Counted from the whole stretch's first letter, positions 1 through 14,441 are shown. The stretch: 63,394 bases of DNA, filler included, from Reticulomyxa filosa (GCA_000512085.1; 14 parts of 14 records of this genome joined end to end with filler, not necessarily neighbours in it), one strand, 5' to 3'. The notes: generated from the letters alone by a model not told the origin. Made by a program: numbers and translations.

Positions 1-521
1 TTTTTTTTGTTTTGTTTTTTTTTATTCTTTTTTTGCAACAAACATTTTTTAAAAAAAAACACACGCACACAAAAGTTTTATTGGCTTGTTTTTGTGTGGG
101 AGTGCCTCCAAAATAAAGAAAATGGTCGTTTTTGCTGAGCTAGTTTTTTTTTGTATTCAGACAATCAGAATGAAAGTAAAAGTAAATAAATAAATTATAT
201 GAAATGTTGGCAAAGAGCCATCCTTCTTTGATATTTGTCAAAAAAAAAATGCTTCTTTCACAAACAAACTTGTTCCCAAAATTTTTGAAAGTGATATGAA
301 TGATATACAATATTTAATGTATATTTATTTATATACTCTCTTTCATGTACCACACAGCGAAGCAATGTTATTTCTGTTATTTCAAAATGTAGTGTTTCCT
401 AAACAATTTACTATCTCAACCCCAAAGACTTCTTTTTTTTCCTCCCCTTCCTCTCTTCAAGTCCGAAGGAGGGAAGAACAAAAAAAAAAAAATTGTTTTG
501 AAATAACGGACGGGTAAAAAA

Positions 522-1916
522 CTACAACGAAACAATTTTGGAAGAATTGAAAGGTTGGGGACGTATGGAAGAAAGTTGATCGGGAGGGATGGCAGCGCCA
601 TGGACAGCGATCCTTCCATCTCCGGCTTTGCCACCTCCAATGGCCTCTATTTTTCCAAGGAAGTGCTTGCGTGCCGTGTTTGCGTTTTGCAAGTGGATAA
701 GAATGGAGCCTCCACTTCCACCACCACTGAACACAGCTCCAGGTTTGCCATTGCACAAAATGGAGCCTTGATTGATCAAGTGCTGCTGCACAACAAGTTG
801 GATAATCCCCCCTCCACGGCCTCCTTCTTCGCTACGAGCACTGCCTCCACCACTTCCGCAATGGATTTCATTGAGCAAGGTTTCTTCGCCGTACGTATCT
901 CCAAACGTATCTGTCAAAAACCATCCCTTTTTGGAAGAGCTGTCCAAACTTTTGGAGCCATAGCCAGCACTCCCTCCCCAGCCATAGTCGGAACTTTGGC
1001 CTTTGCCAGGGCCACGATCGCTCCTTTCTCCTAAGCCGCTGCAGTCAATGATATTGGAGGAGTGTCCAACCCATAAGTGGCTACACTTCAATTTCAACTG
1101 TCCGACTCCGGTATCTGACTCATCAATGTCCACCGTCATTCGTATATTTTTTCCCATCAAATACACGCCGTAAGGATATTCATTCCACTCCTTATTCTTC
1201 AAAAGCACCACCGAATCATCGCGGTCAATCAGTAGGTAATGTCTTCCACTCACTATCCCTGGGATCTGGTCCAGTCTCTTCAATATCTCTCGACATGACT
1301 CCGGAATTGTCTCACTCTGTTTTTTTTCCCCTCCCTCTGCATCCGCCTCTTGGTCCAGCAGTTGCAGTCTCAACTCCATTATTTCATCCTCTTTCTTCGC
1401 CACTGTCTTTTTCATCGCTTTCTATTTTTTATTATTATTTACTGTTTTTGGTTTAATCAACAAACTCTGACTTATATATGTATATATATTTATTTATGTT
1501 TAAAAACTTGAGTTGCTATTGCATTTGCGACTTGCTGTTGAAGTGAATTGCATTTCATTTCAATCTCTTTGTTTTTGATGGCTTGTAATTTCAATTGGTA
1601 GGACAGAGCATCGATTTGGAAGTTCAGCTCGTTTGTTTGCGCTGCATCGTCTTTTTCAAGTTCCTCCGAACTTGCTTTCTCCTTTGACAGTTCGTCGGCT
1701 TCGTTCTGCGCTTCAAGCGGGCCGCTTCTTTCAATGCTAACTGCAAATGCGCTTGCGATGCCTTGCGCATGTGATCACGGATCTTGTACTCGTTCAAGTC
1801 CGTTGCGACACATCCAACCGATTCTAACGGACATTGCACGGTAGGAGGTAAGGCACATCTTCGATTTGTTTCCAAATGATCATCCAACTCTTTAATTGTC
1901 CCTTTGAAGTTACATA

Positions 1917-1950
<34 letters not shown>

Positions 1951-2376
1951 GTTATTATTGTTGTCATGGCCATGATCACTCCGTTTTAATGCACTTGTCC
2001 CTCTTTTCTTTTTTTTTGCTTTTATATGGTGAGGACACACCACACTCCATTTTTCAATTTCCCGACGTATACTCTTTGCCTTCGCGTATTTACAGTTTGC
2101 GTGGCCATTCACCGGACAATTCTGGCCATGTTTTGATAAGTAGGTCTGCAGACAGGTCTTACCCACAACCAAGATCTGGTTCATCTCTTTGTGTTCGTCA
2201 CATATCAATTCCATCGCTTTGTACGCTATCTCTTTGCAAATTTGACACAAGTGCTCGTTCTTCACTTCTTCCTCGTTTTGCAACAGTTTCTTTTTGTAAC
2301 ACTTGGGCAACATGCTCAAACTTGAGCTGTCATTTTTTGCCGAGAACTTTATATTGAGTATATCCCTTAACGACAT
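522..2376 (-). CDS. TRAF-like RING/zinc-finger protein with coiled coil and C-terminal glycine-rich (GGxGGG / GGGSGGSI) domain; 2 exons, one apparent frameshift near 1712
   Basis: CQIC..CDEH..CLQTYL..CPVNGH (degenerate RING), CNFKGTIKELDDHL and CPLESVGC (TRAF-type Zn fingers). Restoring one A at ~1712 gives LKAQNEADELSKEK...QQVANAIATQ; GT-AG intron 1507-1422 then joins in frame to KAMKKTVAKK and the Gly-rich ORF 522-1415. Confidence 0.75.
1918..1963. repeat. (ATT)n microsatellite encoding poly-Asn in the TRAF-like protein
   Basis: Tandem ATT/GTT units seen directly. Confidence 0.9.
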
Positions 2377-2973
2377 TTTTCTGGAAATGTTTTACAAATG
2401 TTGCTTACAATATTATATGTATTTTTTGAAGATATATTATAATTTTTTAGAGAATACTTATAAAAAATTCCCTTCTCGTTTTAATTTTTCTGCTCGTTTT
2501 GCTTTTGAAATTATGCAGTGTAAAAGCTTTCTTTCCAAGTCCAAATTTTCTTTCTCGAAACTTGAAGCATTTTGGTCAAAGTTTTTAATTTAGCCTACGT
2601 TACGTATTGAAGAAAAATGGTCACAAATTATTAGCATTGAGAATAAACAGTATTTTTGACATAAACAACGCAAAAATTACGTGTACTACAGCGAAGAAGA
2701 AAATATTACATTTTTTGTCACTTTGCCGCTTTTATTTGGATATACTTTTTCATAAAAGTACTTTCAACCAAATGTTTTCATGTTATTGTAGATAGTATAA
2801 AAATATTTTTAAAACTTGAAGCAACATTAAGAGTTAAATTTTTTTTTGCATAAAGTTGTAACAAAACAAAAAGTACGCCATAATCCCTCATAACAAACTT
2901 ATGTATTACCGTAAAATTCGTTTTCTATGTTTTAGGACGTTAATTCCTCACTTATTATCTTTTCCAGTGCTAA

Positions 2974-4328
2974 ATGGCAATCCTCAATACAACTGATGAT
3001 ATTTCAAGTGCGTTAGAAGCAATCAATAAAGTTTCATACTCTTCAGTACAAGAGAAAATAGAAAATCAGAGAGATGAAACAGAAGATTTTGACAATGTGG
3101 CGTTTGGACAATTTGGGGTGTACGGGCAGCATCGAACTGATACTTTTACTCAATCTTACTTCCGTTCACGTTGTTTCTTTACGCAAAACAAATTAAAAGT
3201 TGGATTTAAACGCATACGAACAACTGTTGGAAAGTTAAGACTGAAAACTTGCTGTTTAAACATATGACAACAAAAAAAATACGGGAACATAAAAAAATGT
3301 CAACAGAACGAATCGTAATAATTTTTCACAATTATTAAAAAAAAAGCAGCCCTTAACACCACCAAATGATCATTCCCTATTTTTTTATAAGCAGAGATTC
3401 CTTGAACTGGAAAGGTAACGAAAAGAAAAAAGAGGCAACTTTTTTAAGGTGAAGTGTTTTATATTTTTCCAAAAACGGATTAATGTGCACAGGCAACGAC
3501 AACACAAAATGACAAAAAAACTACAATCGAAATCTGACGCAAAAACTTTCACTTATGATAAACCAACATTTTCATGGGAGCAAGCGTTAAAAAGTTCACA
3601 AGAAGAAAGGCAGCGTTCAAAAAACGCAAAAAGTACCCACTTTCGAGCAGGCTTTCTTCAAATATCAAATACATTGCAGCAAGATACACAAAATTCAGCT
3701 TTAAACCAGGGCCAACAATTAAAAAATTCTGAAGAAGTTGTGTTCTGTTTGTCAATGAATAGTGCAATTAAAAGTCTATATTTCTAATTTAAACAGATGA
3801 ATCAGGACAGATTATTTCCAACAGTGACAAATAATGCAAGCATATGTACATTGCAAAAGAATTTGGCAAAAAAGCCATTGTTAAATGAAAACGAAACAAA
3901 TGCAAATAATAATACAAAAAAAACTGATGCCGTTCCATTTGCATTGAACTTTGAAAATAACGAAAACAGTGGATATAACCCTTTTGCAAACAACTCAAAT
4001 GCTGTTTTATGGAAAAGAGCATGATGATAAAGCGTTACCATATCAAAATGACAAGTTGCATAAACAACAACTACTTGATAAAAAACTGATGAAAATAAGG
4101 CTGAACAATCAGCGCATACAATCTCTTATTGAAACTCGAGAAATAGATCATATCTCAAAGGTTGCCGCAAAGCATAAAGCAATTCAAGAACTTCGTAAAC
4201 ATTATGAGGAAAGTTTAGGCGACAGAGCAAATTTTGATTATTGGAGACAATTTGTTGATAGAAGAATAGGGTTCGGAGCATTTTCCCCAATTACAAAATG
4301 CTTTCAAGATTATCAGTCAACTAACTGA
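2974..4328 (+). CDS. Hypothetical multi-exon hydrophilic protein (approximate model, probable homopolymer frameshift near 4005)
   Basis: Consecutive + strand ORFs 2974-3267, 3449-3787, 3797-4024, 3951-4328; plausible intron ~3738-3796; removing one T in GTTTTAT joins the last two ORFs. No recognisable domain. Confidence 0.35.
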
Positions 4329-5840
4329 ATTTTTCACTAAACATAAAGCCTTTTTTAATGTTTCAAAATTTTTGTCATTGTAATCTTAATAAACTTGCCA
4401 CTATTTGTCGTTGTAATTTGTTTTGCACTGGTGAATACATAATTAAATGTTAAAGGCGTTTGTACTTAAATGTATGTAAATATACAACTTTATCATAGCA
4501 TATACTTACTGGAGTAAACGAATATTCTTTTGTTATATTGCAAAACAAAATAGCACGATAGCAAGACTGTTAAAAACTTTGTTGTAGTTTTTTTTTTGGA
4601 AAGGGGATAAGCTGGCAAGTTCACCGAGAAACTATTCTTTGCCAGTTTCTTGTTGCACAGTTTATTGATGGAGCATATTGCTTCTTTTTTGATATGTAAA
4701 TTACTTAGTCTTTGCAGTTTATGGGAAAGGGGACTGTACCACTTCGCTTTCTCGCACAAATGAAGGTACACTTTCTTAAACTGTATGTTGTGAGCACAGC
4801 GCAATAAAAAAGAAGCAATTCTGTTAATTGATTTCTTCGCGTGTTGTGCAAGAGCAAGAGTGATTTTTCCTTTTTTGCAACATTCGTGTATTTGGTTTGT
4901 TTTGCTACCAAACTCACTGATAAAATCACAAACACTAAATGTTGAACACAAAAAAAACATATAATAAAAATTATTTGGTTGTTTGGGTTCGCAATAGAAA
5001 GTTTTTGAAAAGCTCAAAAGGCGAAATGACGGAACACATTACATTTCTTTTCAGGTGAGTTAATTAATGTATGAGTTGTGTGTTTTCAATGATGAGTATT
5101 TTTTTTTTACAACTGCAACATCATTGATGAATAAACCTGCACGCGTTCTGAATCGATTGTTGTCTTTTGAAATGGCTTTGATCCTTTTTTTGACCGAGAT
5201 AACGTTGTTGTTTGTTTAATGCGCAAAAATAGGAAGGAACGTAAGAAAAACCTCGTTATGAGGAAAGCTAAAACCAAGCGCCTTTTGGTATTCTTGTTTT
5301 GATTGTTTGATTTTAGGCCAACAGGCTGTTTTTATTAATTGTAAAAGGAGAATTTCATCACTGAAAATTTAAAAAAAGGTTAAAATAAATTTCGCACTGA
5401 CATTTTTTGCACAGTTCCGTCAATTTTACCAAAAACATAAACAAAAAGTATTTGTGCCATGTTCATTTTGTTAACCGATCGAATAAATAATGTAAACCGT
5501 ATTTCAAATTCAGGCCAATGATGATCTACTTTCTCTTAAAAACTCCTTATTAGTTCTGTAAAATTATAAACTTCGGATTGAGATTTGGTGATGGGGTAGT
5601 GCTTTTCATCAGCTTTGTGTAAAGGTGTTGTTCTGTTTTGGACGACCAACCTAAAACTAGGTTAGGTAACCCGTCAAAGGAACATTTTTTGTGTGTCAAA
5701 TCAATCTTCCTTTTTTGGCCATTCTTCAAACAAGTAAGAAACAAACATCTCTTCCCTGTGAATTTCTATTTTCTTTTGCAATCATGACCAATATGGAACA
5801 AAATAAATCCAAACAAAAAAAAAGGACAAAGCATTAATCA

Positions 5841-6729
5841 ATGGCACTAAGTTTATACAGTATGGGAAGAGGCAACCGTGCAAAAAAAAAAGAAGAAAAA
5901 GAAGCCAATGGCAAAAAGAAAGCTCCAGGTTTGCTGCGTGTTCAGGTATGTTGATTTTTGAGTTTGTTTTCGCTTTCTTTCCCAAGCCAATAGCGTGCAA
6001 CAAAAAAAAAGGTTGATTTGGATGAGCTCGAATTACCATACAACGCGAAACTGCAAGTCCCTGACAAAGAAAACTTACAAGAGTTCAATGTGGCAATTAC
6101 CCCTGATTCTGGTTTCTGGAAGGGTGCCACTTACACCTTCCATTTTGTTATTCCGGATAACTATCCTTATAAACCTCCAAAAGTCACTTGTGTTGAAAAG
6201 GTTAACTTTAAAAAAAACTTGTTTTTTTATAAAAAAAAAGGGTGCTACCATTATTATGCGTTTTTATTCTGTCATTTCTACTTTTTGATTCTGAGCAAAA
6301 TGAATTGGGCTCTCTTTGGAGGAAGTGGATGGTCAGCACAGTACACACATTGCTGTAAATGTAAAAAAAATCTATGTGTGCATAACAAATTTTTTATGTG
6401 AATTTAGATCTATCATCCAAACATTGACTTGCAAGGAAATGTTTGCTTGAACTTGTTGAAAGCGGATTGGCGTCCAATTTTGTCCGTACAACAAATCATC
6501 CATGGTTTAATCTTTTTGTTCCTAGTTAAGTTTTTTTTAATACAGCTTTTATAAAAGTACAATGTTTTTTTTTTGAAAAAAAAAGGAACCCAACCCTGCC
6601 GATCCTTTGAATGTTGAGGCTGCAGAAGTCTTCCGTGATAACATTACAACATTTAAAGCCAATGTCGCTAAGTCGTTGGCAGGAGGATACGTAGGAGGCA
6701 CACAATTTGAGAAAATGACCTTGAAATAA
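5841..6729 (+). CDS. UBC12: NEDD8-conjugating enzyme Ubc12 (UBE2M-like), 4 exons
   Basis: Exons 5841-5945, 6012-6200, 6409-6524, 6586-6729 splice in frame: [70 protein letters not shown], with basic N-terminal extension and catalytic Cys. Confidence 0.93.
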
Positions 6730-7957
6730 AGACTGAGCACACAGAGAGACAAAGAAAAAAATAACAGAAGTTGGGGGAGAGGGAACGAGCAAACGGTAGA
6801 AAGAAAGTTTGATGTGAAGCAAAACATTTTTTTGAATTTTTTTTTAAATGTCGGTTGGATAATTTGAGGTGTGGCTTTTGGGTTTTGTGCAATCGTTGGC
6901 TAGTAAAAAGACCATGTGGTTAGCAAACAATTTTCAATCCAAATGAAAGATGACATCTCTCTTTTTTGACACGAGAAACACAAAGAAACGTTTGGAATTC
7001 GTCTCAGCTGATAACTGTAAACACTACTTGTAGATGGTAATTTGAGAGACAACAAAACTCAAGTTAGATTTTATATGATGAACGGAACAAATACAAATTT
7101 CACTATATCAATTGTCGGATGACAATCGGTATAAAAATTAGACTAGTGGAGATATGATGCCGACTTTGCAGTATATTGCCATAAGCAGAACATTTTTTAG
7201 AATTTTTGATAACGGAAGTGAAAAAGTACATGTTAGAAATCAGACCCACTTAAACAAAATAACTTTTGAAACTGTGCCTATTGGAAAAATATTTTTTAAA
7301 AGGCAAGCGTCAAATGTTTTTAGAACCATTTGTTTTTTCATCTGGACATCTTCAAGACCAACTTAAATTGAAAATGAAATTTTTTTTGGAACTGGAGAAG
7401 TGACACAGAACAAGCATTGGAAGAACAGAAAGGTATTTTTGTTTATTTTATCATTAAAAAGAGAAATTTATAACCTAATAAAAAACAAACTTCACATTCA
7501 TTTCTTGTATCTTCAATGAAATATTTTTTTTATTTTATAATCACTAAATTCGAATTTTACTGTCTATTGTTTTTTTTTTTGAGAAACGTCTATGCATATA
7601 ATAGATTGAAAATGTCCTTCTTACTTTTGTTTTTTCTTTCAAATTCTACGTTCCACAGTCAAACTGTATTACCATTTGAACAAAATACAATCACTTGATT
7701 ATTGGAACATTTTACATCACTTATATGTCTTAAATGTCGTTTAAATATTTCCTGTTCTTTCCTTTTCTAAAAAAAATAATGCGGACGAAACGAAGCGAGC
7801 AACTGAAGCTGCCAATATTTTAATATGGTATTTTGCGAACGCCTAAAGAAAAGTGTTATTTAAATGATTTAAATAAATTAACACAAAAAAGGTTTATTTT
7901 GTCAAAAAATATACAATTTGGAGGGAGAAGAAAAAAGAAGGGATCAACTGATAGTCA

Positions 7958-8350
7958 AGCACAAGTATCAAAATAAATCGAACACATTTCTGGTCAATCT
8001 CTTTGACACTTGAATAAGTTTTGGGCTTGCTCAGTTGAATAAAATACAATTAAACATAAATTTGATTTGCTTGGCTCGTCATGACTATAAAATGCTTCAT
8101 TTTGAATGGCATGTTTGCTTGTGCAATTGCCATCCATTATACACTTCTTCATATTTTACTTTCATTGTTTTGAAGAAATTTTTAATACCAAGAGATTAGG
8201 AATTTGTGGTCCTGCATTTGATACGCTTATGTATTTCCTTTTTTCACTTTGTTCGCATTTCAACTCGTTATCTTTCATTGTTATTCTTTTCTTCATTAAT
8301 AACTGCACTACGATTAGTTTTATTAGATACAAAACTTCTGCGTTTTTGGT
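7958..8350 (-). pseudogene. Decayed gene fragment, paralogous to 12312-12715
   Basis: Colinear similarity to 12312-12715 (e.g. tcaatctctttgaca, gctcagttgaat, gcttcattttgaatg, catattttactttca, tacaaaacttctgc); multiple stops and indels. Confidence 0.65.
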
Positions 8351-9819
8351 CACGACAGTGGTTGATACACATACTTAAAAACTTTAAACCAAAGCACAGT
8401 TTTGCTAGCGAACTGATAATCTTTTTTTAAAATTATTTTTGCATGTAATTTTTTTAAATTGATTTAAAAAATAAATGTAACGATTTAAAAATGTGTATTG
8501 AATGTGCTATTTCTAAACCTAGGCTTATTTATTGAGAATAATAAAAAAAAATTTAATGTTGTGTTCATTTATATCTAAAAAAAGAAATTAAAATTATTGA
8601 AACAATATTCACAAAAAATTGTTGTAATAAATATGTTTATGAAATGATTTATATTCTTTGTTATTTGCATGAACAGGTGTACAAATTTCTCGTAATAAAC
8701 ATCCAAACTTTGTTGCAAAAGACAATTCTATTCAAAATAAAAAAGTGTTGTTCATGTACTTATTTTTGAACATCATACGTATACTTTATATACAAGATAA
8801 TTTTTGTAATTTTAAACATGCAAACTTTTACTTTCACTTGAATAATAGAAAAAAACTTATGTCAAGAGTTTATTAATAGCAAACACAAATTCAAAGGATA
8901 ATTGCGTAGTTTCAAATGAATTCTTACTTTATGTCATATAACAAATTGATAGGTCAACAAAATTAATAACGTATGTCAAGTGTTGTTTTTAAAGTCATTT
9001 GATTCTTTTATCAAATATTTACAATATGACAAGGTTATGCTGAATTGTACTTACAAATGACAAAAGGTACAAGTGACGTCAGAATTCATTGCAGTTATTT
9101 TGCAAATTTGTTTGTAATTTTTCAAGTGTGATAAAGGTATACGTCATTTATTTATTCGTCTGAAGTGGAAGAGAATGAAAAAAAGTAGTTGCCTTGACAA
9201 ATAAAAATAACAAAATACTTTTGATATATTCTCACATTTATCAAGATTTATTTTCTATATTTTCACTTTAACAAAACAATAATTCTAAATCATATTTTTA
9301 AAGAAAAACAACAATATTATTACAATTTCTCTCTAAAATGCATTGCAACAAATACTGTCAATTGCAGGAAACCTTTCAAGATTTGTCATTATTTAGTCTC
9401 TTGCTATGATAATTCATTGCACATATTATCATTTAATCCATCACAACATGCAAGTTTGCACATGGGCAAAATATATGATCCAAACAAGTAAAACACTGTA
9501 TTTCACTATGAAAAGTAACAGTGAAAAGTTGTGGATTACCTTGAAATCATTGAATTGTTGTACACAATGTGATACTTTTTTCATTATCTTTGGGATAATT
9601 CTCGTTGCCACAAATATACATTTTCAAAAATAGATCTTTTATAATTTTCATTTTTCTCTAGTAACCTTGTGGATGCAGTGATGACATACTTTTTTCATGC
9701 TATTCACCAATTTGCACTAGCATTGTATGAAAACTGAATTAGTGCACGATAAGCACACAAAGACATACGATAATTTGTTATTTTATCATCGACACTTTCG
9801 CTATGTAGTAACTCTTGTA

Positions 9820-10255
9820 ATTGTTCGTTTTCGGATTTTTAAATAAAACACCATTGAAATTAATTTTTTTGATTTATCATTACGTTATTGCCGAAACGTC
9901 GAAAATGAGTGTCTTAAAAAATTGAACAGAAATATATATTGCAAAAAGTCAAAGACTTTTGAAAATAATGCAAACTGACACCAACAACATACCAACAAAA
10001 AAATGCTGACAATACAAAGTACAACATACCTCACAAAGCTTTTTTTTCTTTCTAATGTTTGCTAATGTCCGAATATTTTTTTCCAAAGAAAGTGATAGTA
10101 TACCATAAAATTATACATATGTAGTGTTCAATTTTCCTACATATCACTTTCTTATATTATCCATTTGTATTCATCTTCTTACATAATTCAAAACATTATA
10201 TCAAAAAAGAGAAAAATAACTTATTGAGATAATGCAACAACTAAATCGTTACACG
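9820..10255. repeat. Diverged direct repeat, copy 1 (copy 2 at ~11220-11610)
   Basis: Shared blocks ttgttc(g/a)ttttcggattt, atccatttgtattcatc, aaacattatatcaaa, gcaacaactaaat. Confidence 0.6.
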
Positions 10256-11219
10256 TTGCTAATATATATTTGTATTTGTTATATGAAATAACATAAAGTA
10301 AGAAGTTAATTGAAATCAACCAATAATTTTTTTGAATTGTATAGTATCAATAAATAAATTCTTCATATCACATAAGTTTTTTTAATATTCAAGTATATAT
10401 TGAAATGTTACAATAAGAGAATTTTACAAAAAACTTGATTATATATAAAGTGTACTAAGTTCGAAAATATGTACATGAACTACACTTTTAAAATTCTTTT
10501 TATTTAACATTTTATCTTTTGTTTTGAGCGGAATTTGTTTTTGAACATGCGAACAACAAAATGAATTTAAGTGATCTTCATGAAATATCTCTATATAATA
10601 AAATTTTTAGATAATTTATTTTGATATTTTGGATAATGGTTGTCAATTGATACTAACATTGTTTTTAAGAAAGTATCTTTTTTTCAAATTACAAATGAAA
10701 TAATAAAATAAGCTTATTCTGAATTTTTAAATATTTTCTTTGATTAATTATAAGTAATGAGTCGAATATTATCAACATACATTTTCGTTAATGCAACTTC
10801 TTTAGAAAAATAGATATTTATTGTAAATAAATACGCATATGCATATGTCCGTAAAGAAGTACATTCAAGGCACATTTTTTAAGATTTGTTTTCTTTTTTA
10901 TTATACTAACTTTAACAAAAAAACATGTTGTAAAAGATTATGAAATTTGTTATAAAAATGATTGATCTTGAAAATATCAATGACAAAATTATTAAATTTT
11001 ATTTTTATTTTATTTGAATATGATATAAGTAAGATGCATTACATTGCAATAAATTTTTTAAAATCTTTTTGCAAATACTAACACTAATTTAGCTAGTTAT
11101 TTTTTTGAGAGTTATCGATTTCCTTCTTTTGGGTAATGAATAACTATGGCATAATTTGATCGCAAACAGAAAGTGGGCACAATGTGTTATCCATTGTATG
11201 CGGAATTATTCAAAAAAAC

Positions 11220-11610
11220 ATTGTTCATTTTCGGATTTTAAATGAAAACATCTTTTGAACCTCTCAGAAGGATATGTATAAGACTTTTGGTATTTTTTGT
11301 TTAGCTTAATAACAAAATAACAAAACTGATACAAATAATATCTTGTCAGCAGAAAAACGCTATATTGCAAAAACTTTATTTGATGGTGTTTTCATTTTGT
11401 TGAAATAAATGTATTCGGACATCAACAAATATTTTGTATATTGTGCAAAGTGAGAAACACTTCTTTTTTGAAAGGAAACGAATCCGTTTTTCTACAGATG
11501 ACTTATTTGTATAATCCATTTGTATTCATCCTATTGCTTAATTAGACAAACATTATATCAAAGAGAAAGACAGTTGTTGAAACGGCGCAACAACTAAATT
11601 GTTACAAATA
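11220..11610. repeat. Diverged direct repeat, copy 2 (copy 1 at ~9820-10255)
   Basis: Same shared blocks in the same order as copy 1. Confidence 0.6.
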
Positions 11611-11859
11611 TCATCAACATCTATTCGTATCGTTTGTTGGATTTATTTCAGAGAAAAATATGTAATGTTATTTAGCATTAATAAAATTTTGATTAGTATA
11701 AGAATTTCTAAATTACGCAATATCGCAAAACTGACATTAAATAAAAATCACATAAATTTTTCAAATAATTTAACGAAGGATTAAACAAAAAGTCTTCAAA
11801 AAAGGGTATGTAACGTTTTTAAAGGTTGAAACTTTTTCCAGGAATTTGAGCAGCGTCAT

Positions 11860-12200
11860 TTCTCATTCCATTTTAATTGATAAGTTGGAAATTTTCATTC
11901 ATGGCTTGTTTATCACAATATTTGATTAACTTATTCAAAGCATCGAAATTAATATTATAATCGTTGCAACTTAATTAAATACGAGGATTATATTAATCAA
12001 ACCAAATGCAATAATTCAATATCTATGTTGTCGGTTACTTTCCAAATATGACTATTTGAATAATCTTCGTTCGTCAATGTATTTTTATTTTTCATTTGGA
12101 TATTATCTTTCACTTACCAATTGTCAAACGCTTCTAAATATCTTCTGATATTTTTAACAATGCACATCGCATGTAAATTTCTTTTTTGCTTTTTCCAACA
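11860..12200 (-). pseudogene. Decayed C-terminal fragment of the NACHT/HEAT-repeat family, inverted relative to 15080-15310
   Basis: Reverse complement matches 15100-15310 (tgcattgt(t/c)aaaaatat..gaagat, atatccaaatgaaaa, caagccat..gaatg..aattt/cc.acttatcaa.taaaatgg). Confidence 0.6.
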
Positions 12201-12311
12201 AATGTACATTCATCCGTGCGACAAGATCTGATGTTCATGAAATGAACAGAAATTATCATGATCTAAATTTTTTAAAAATTTTAGTACATATTGAAATTTC
12301 GTGAAAGTCAA

Positions 12312-13780
12312 CACACGAGTATCAAAACAAAATAGAACACGTTTCTGATCAATCTCTTTGACAATTTGAATAAGTTTCGGAAATTGATTGATAAAATTAA
12401 CGAAATTGGGTTCGCTCAGTTGAATTAAGATATAATTGAAAAAAAAAATTGATTGGCTGGATCAGACTGTAAAAAGCTTCATTTTGAATGTCATTAATGT
12501 TTGCTTTTTGTAACAAGAGCTTGTACAACTGCTATTTCATTATAAACCTTCATATTTTACTTTCAATTGTTTTGAAGGAATTTTCAATTCTGAGAGATTA
12601 TGGATTTGTGATTTGCATTTGATACACTTATACTTTCATTGTTATTCTTTTCTTTATTGATAGCTGCATTAGAATTAGTTTTATTAAATACAAAACTTCT
12701 GCATTACTGATTGCGAAACCATTCACAAACACAAACGAATTCGATATCCAACATTGTGACTTCTCATATAACAATTTTCTGCATCTGTTTGAATTGGACG
12801 ATATGGCCAATCTTTTACAATTGATGATACATCTCCCTCGCGAGGGATATTGATATTACTGCAATACAAATGTTTCGTACTTTCATTGCTATCACTATTT
12901 CTCAATATTGTTGCATTGTAATGTAATGTATTCTTCCAACCATTCTTTGTTTTCATCAATGTTGAATCATTTGATTTAAAATAAGCAACTAATAAGGCTG
13001 GATCAGTGCATCATTCTTTGGATGAGGTGCGTTGGACAGGACTGTGTCCATCCATCAACAGTCACTCGCACTAAAATAAAATCTAATGTTTTACACAAAC
13101 TCAATAAATACAACGACCTTCATGGCAAACTACAAAACTCATTTCACAACATGAACTTGATGATGTTGATTTCAAATGCATCAATCGATTCACCACATTG
13201 CAACTCCAATCAAATCTGGACATTTGGTTTAAATTCTTCAACTGTAATATAATTCCATATATTGTTAATTGAACTTACAATTCTTTCACACCTCTTTCAT
13301 ATACTTGTTTGAATGTTGTACCTCTTGGTGATCGCATCTGACTAGCCCCTTCCTGTTTTAATCCGGTACATATTTCAAATAATAAATATATTCGAGATGT
13401 CAAAAATGAGAATGAGTCCCATTTCATCAAATTTTTTTGTAATTGAGTTTTCTACATTCACGGATGTGTCATTTCGACCAGCAACTCAATTCAATAAATT
13501 ATATTCAATTAATGTTTTTTTAAATTCTTTTTGATTCAATCCCAACAAGAATGTTGCACCTTCTTCCAATAATGTTTCATAACTCTCTTCATCAATGACT
13601 TGATTAAAACATTTTGATCAATCAATTTCCATTCAATTTCACTGCAATAACTCCAAGTGACTTTACACATTTATCACAAAATATTTTATTATTTTTTTCA
13701 TTATTTAGGCTATTCATTAAAGAATTCAGGGCATATCTGACTGTTTTTCTCTCAGTTGTAATAAAATTGTTACAAGTGTA
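12312..13780 (-). pseudogene. Decayed HEAT-like repeat gene with an unidentified C-terminal domain
   Basis: Minus-strand remnants YALNSLMNSLNNEKNKIFCDKCVKSLGVIAVKLNG (HEAT-like), FDEMGLILIFDISNI, YCSNINIPREGDVSSIVKDWPYRP, interrupted by stops and frameshifts. Confidence 0.5.
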
Positions 13781-14441
13781 TGTGCAAAATCACAAATTTT
13801 TATTTTTCCATTCTCAAATGAATTCATTAAAAATTCAAACGCTGTCGTTCGCAATTCCATATTTTCAGTTTAATTTTCATAGATTAATGAATACAATGAG
13901 TTGGTCGGTATTTCTTTGGTTGAATTTAATTCATTTTTTTCTTCGTTCACGCTTGGAGTTTCTGCAAGAAAGCCTTTTTCGCTCCTATTTGTCCACCCAT
14001 GGTGGCTTTTCCCACGCGAATATTAAAAAATTTTGATGAAGGGTTTGTTTGAAGTTTTTTCGAGGTTTTTTTTTAGCTTACAGATTTTTTTGTCAAACTG
14101 GATTTTGTATAATTTCAATAATTCACAAGTTTTTCAACAATAAACTGTGAGATAAAAATATTGACAAGTATTATATTTTTTTTGAATTATGAATAAAATA
14201 CTCGAATTTGTTGTTCCTTTGAAAGAAATAGTTAAATTGTAGGTGGCTGACACACAAGCTCACCACATTATTTTATTCCAATGGAGATCTGTCTATAAAA
14301 GAATATAATTGCAATATTTCCTCATATATTTTTTACAAGACTAACAACAATGTAAAGAATTTTCGAAGAAAATTACTCTAAAAAAAATTAAACAACCACT
14401 GTCTTATTTTTTTCGCACAATCGAGTGAAAGAAATCAAATC

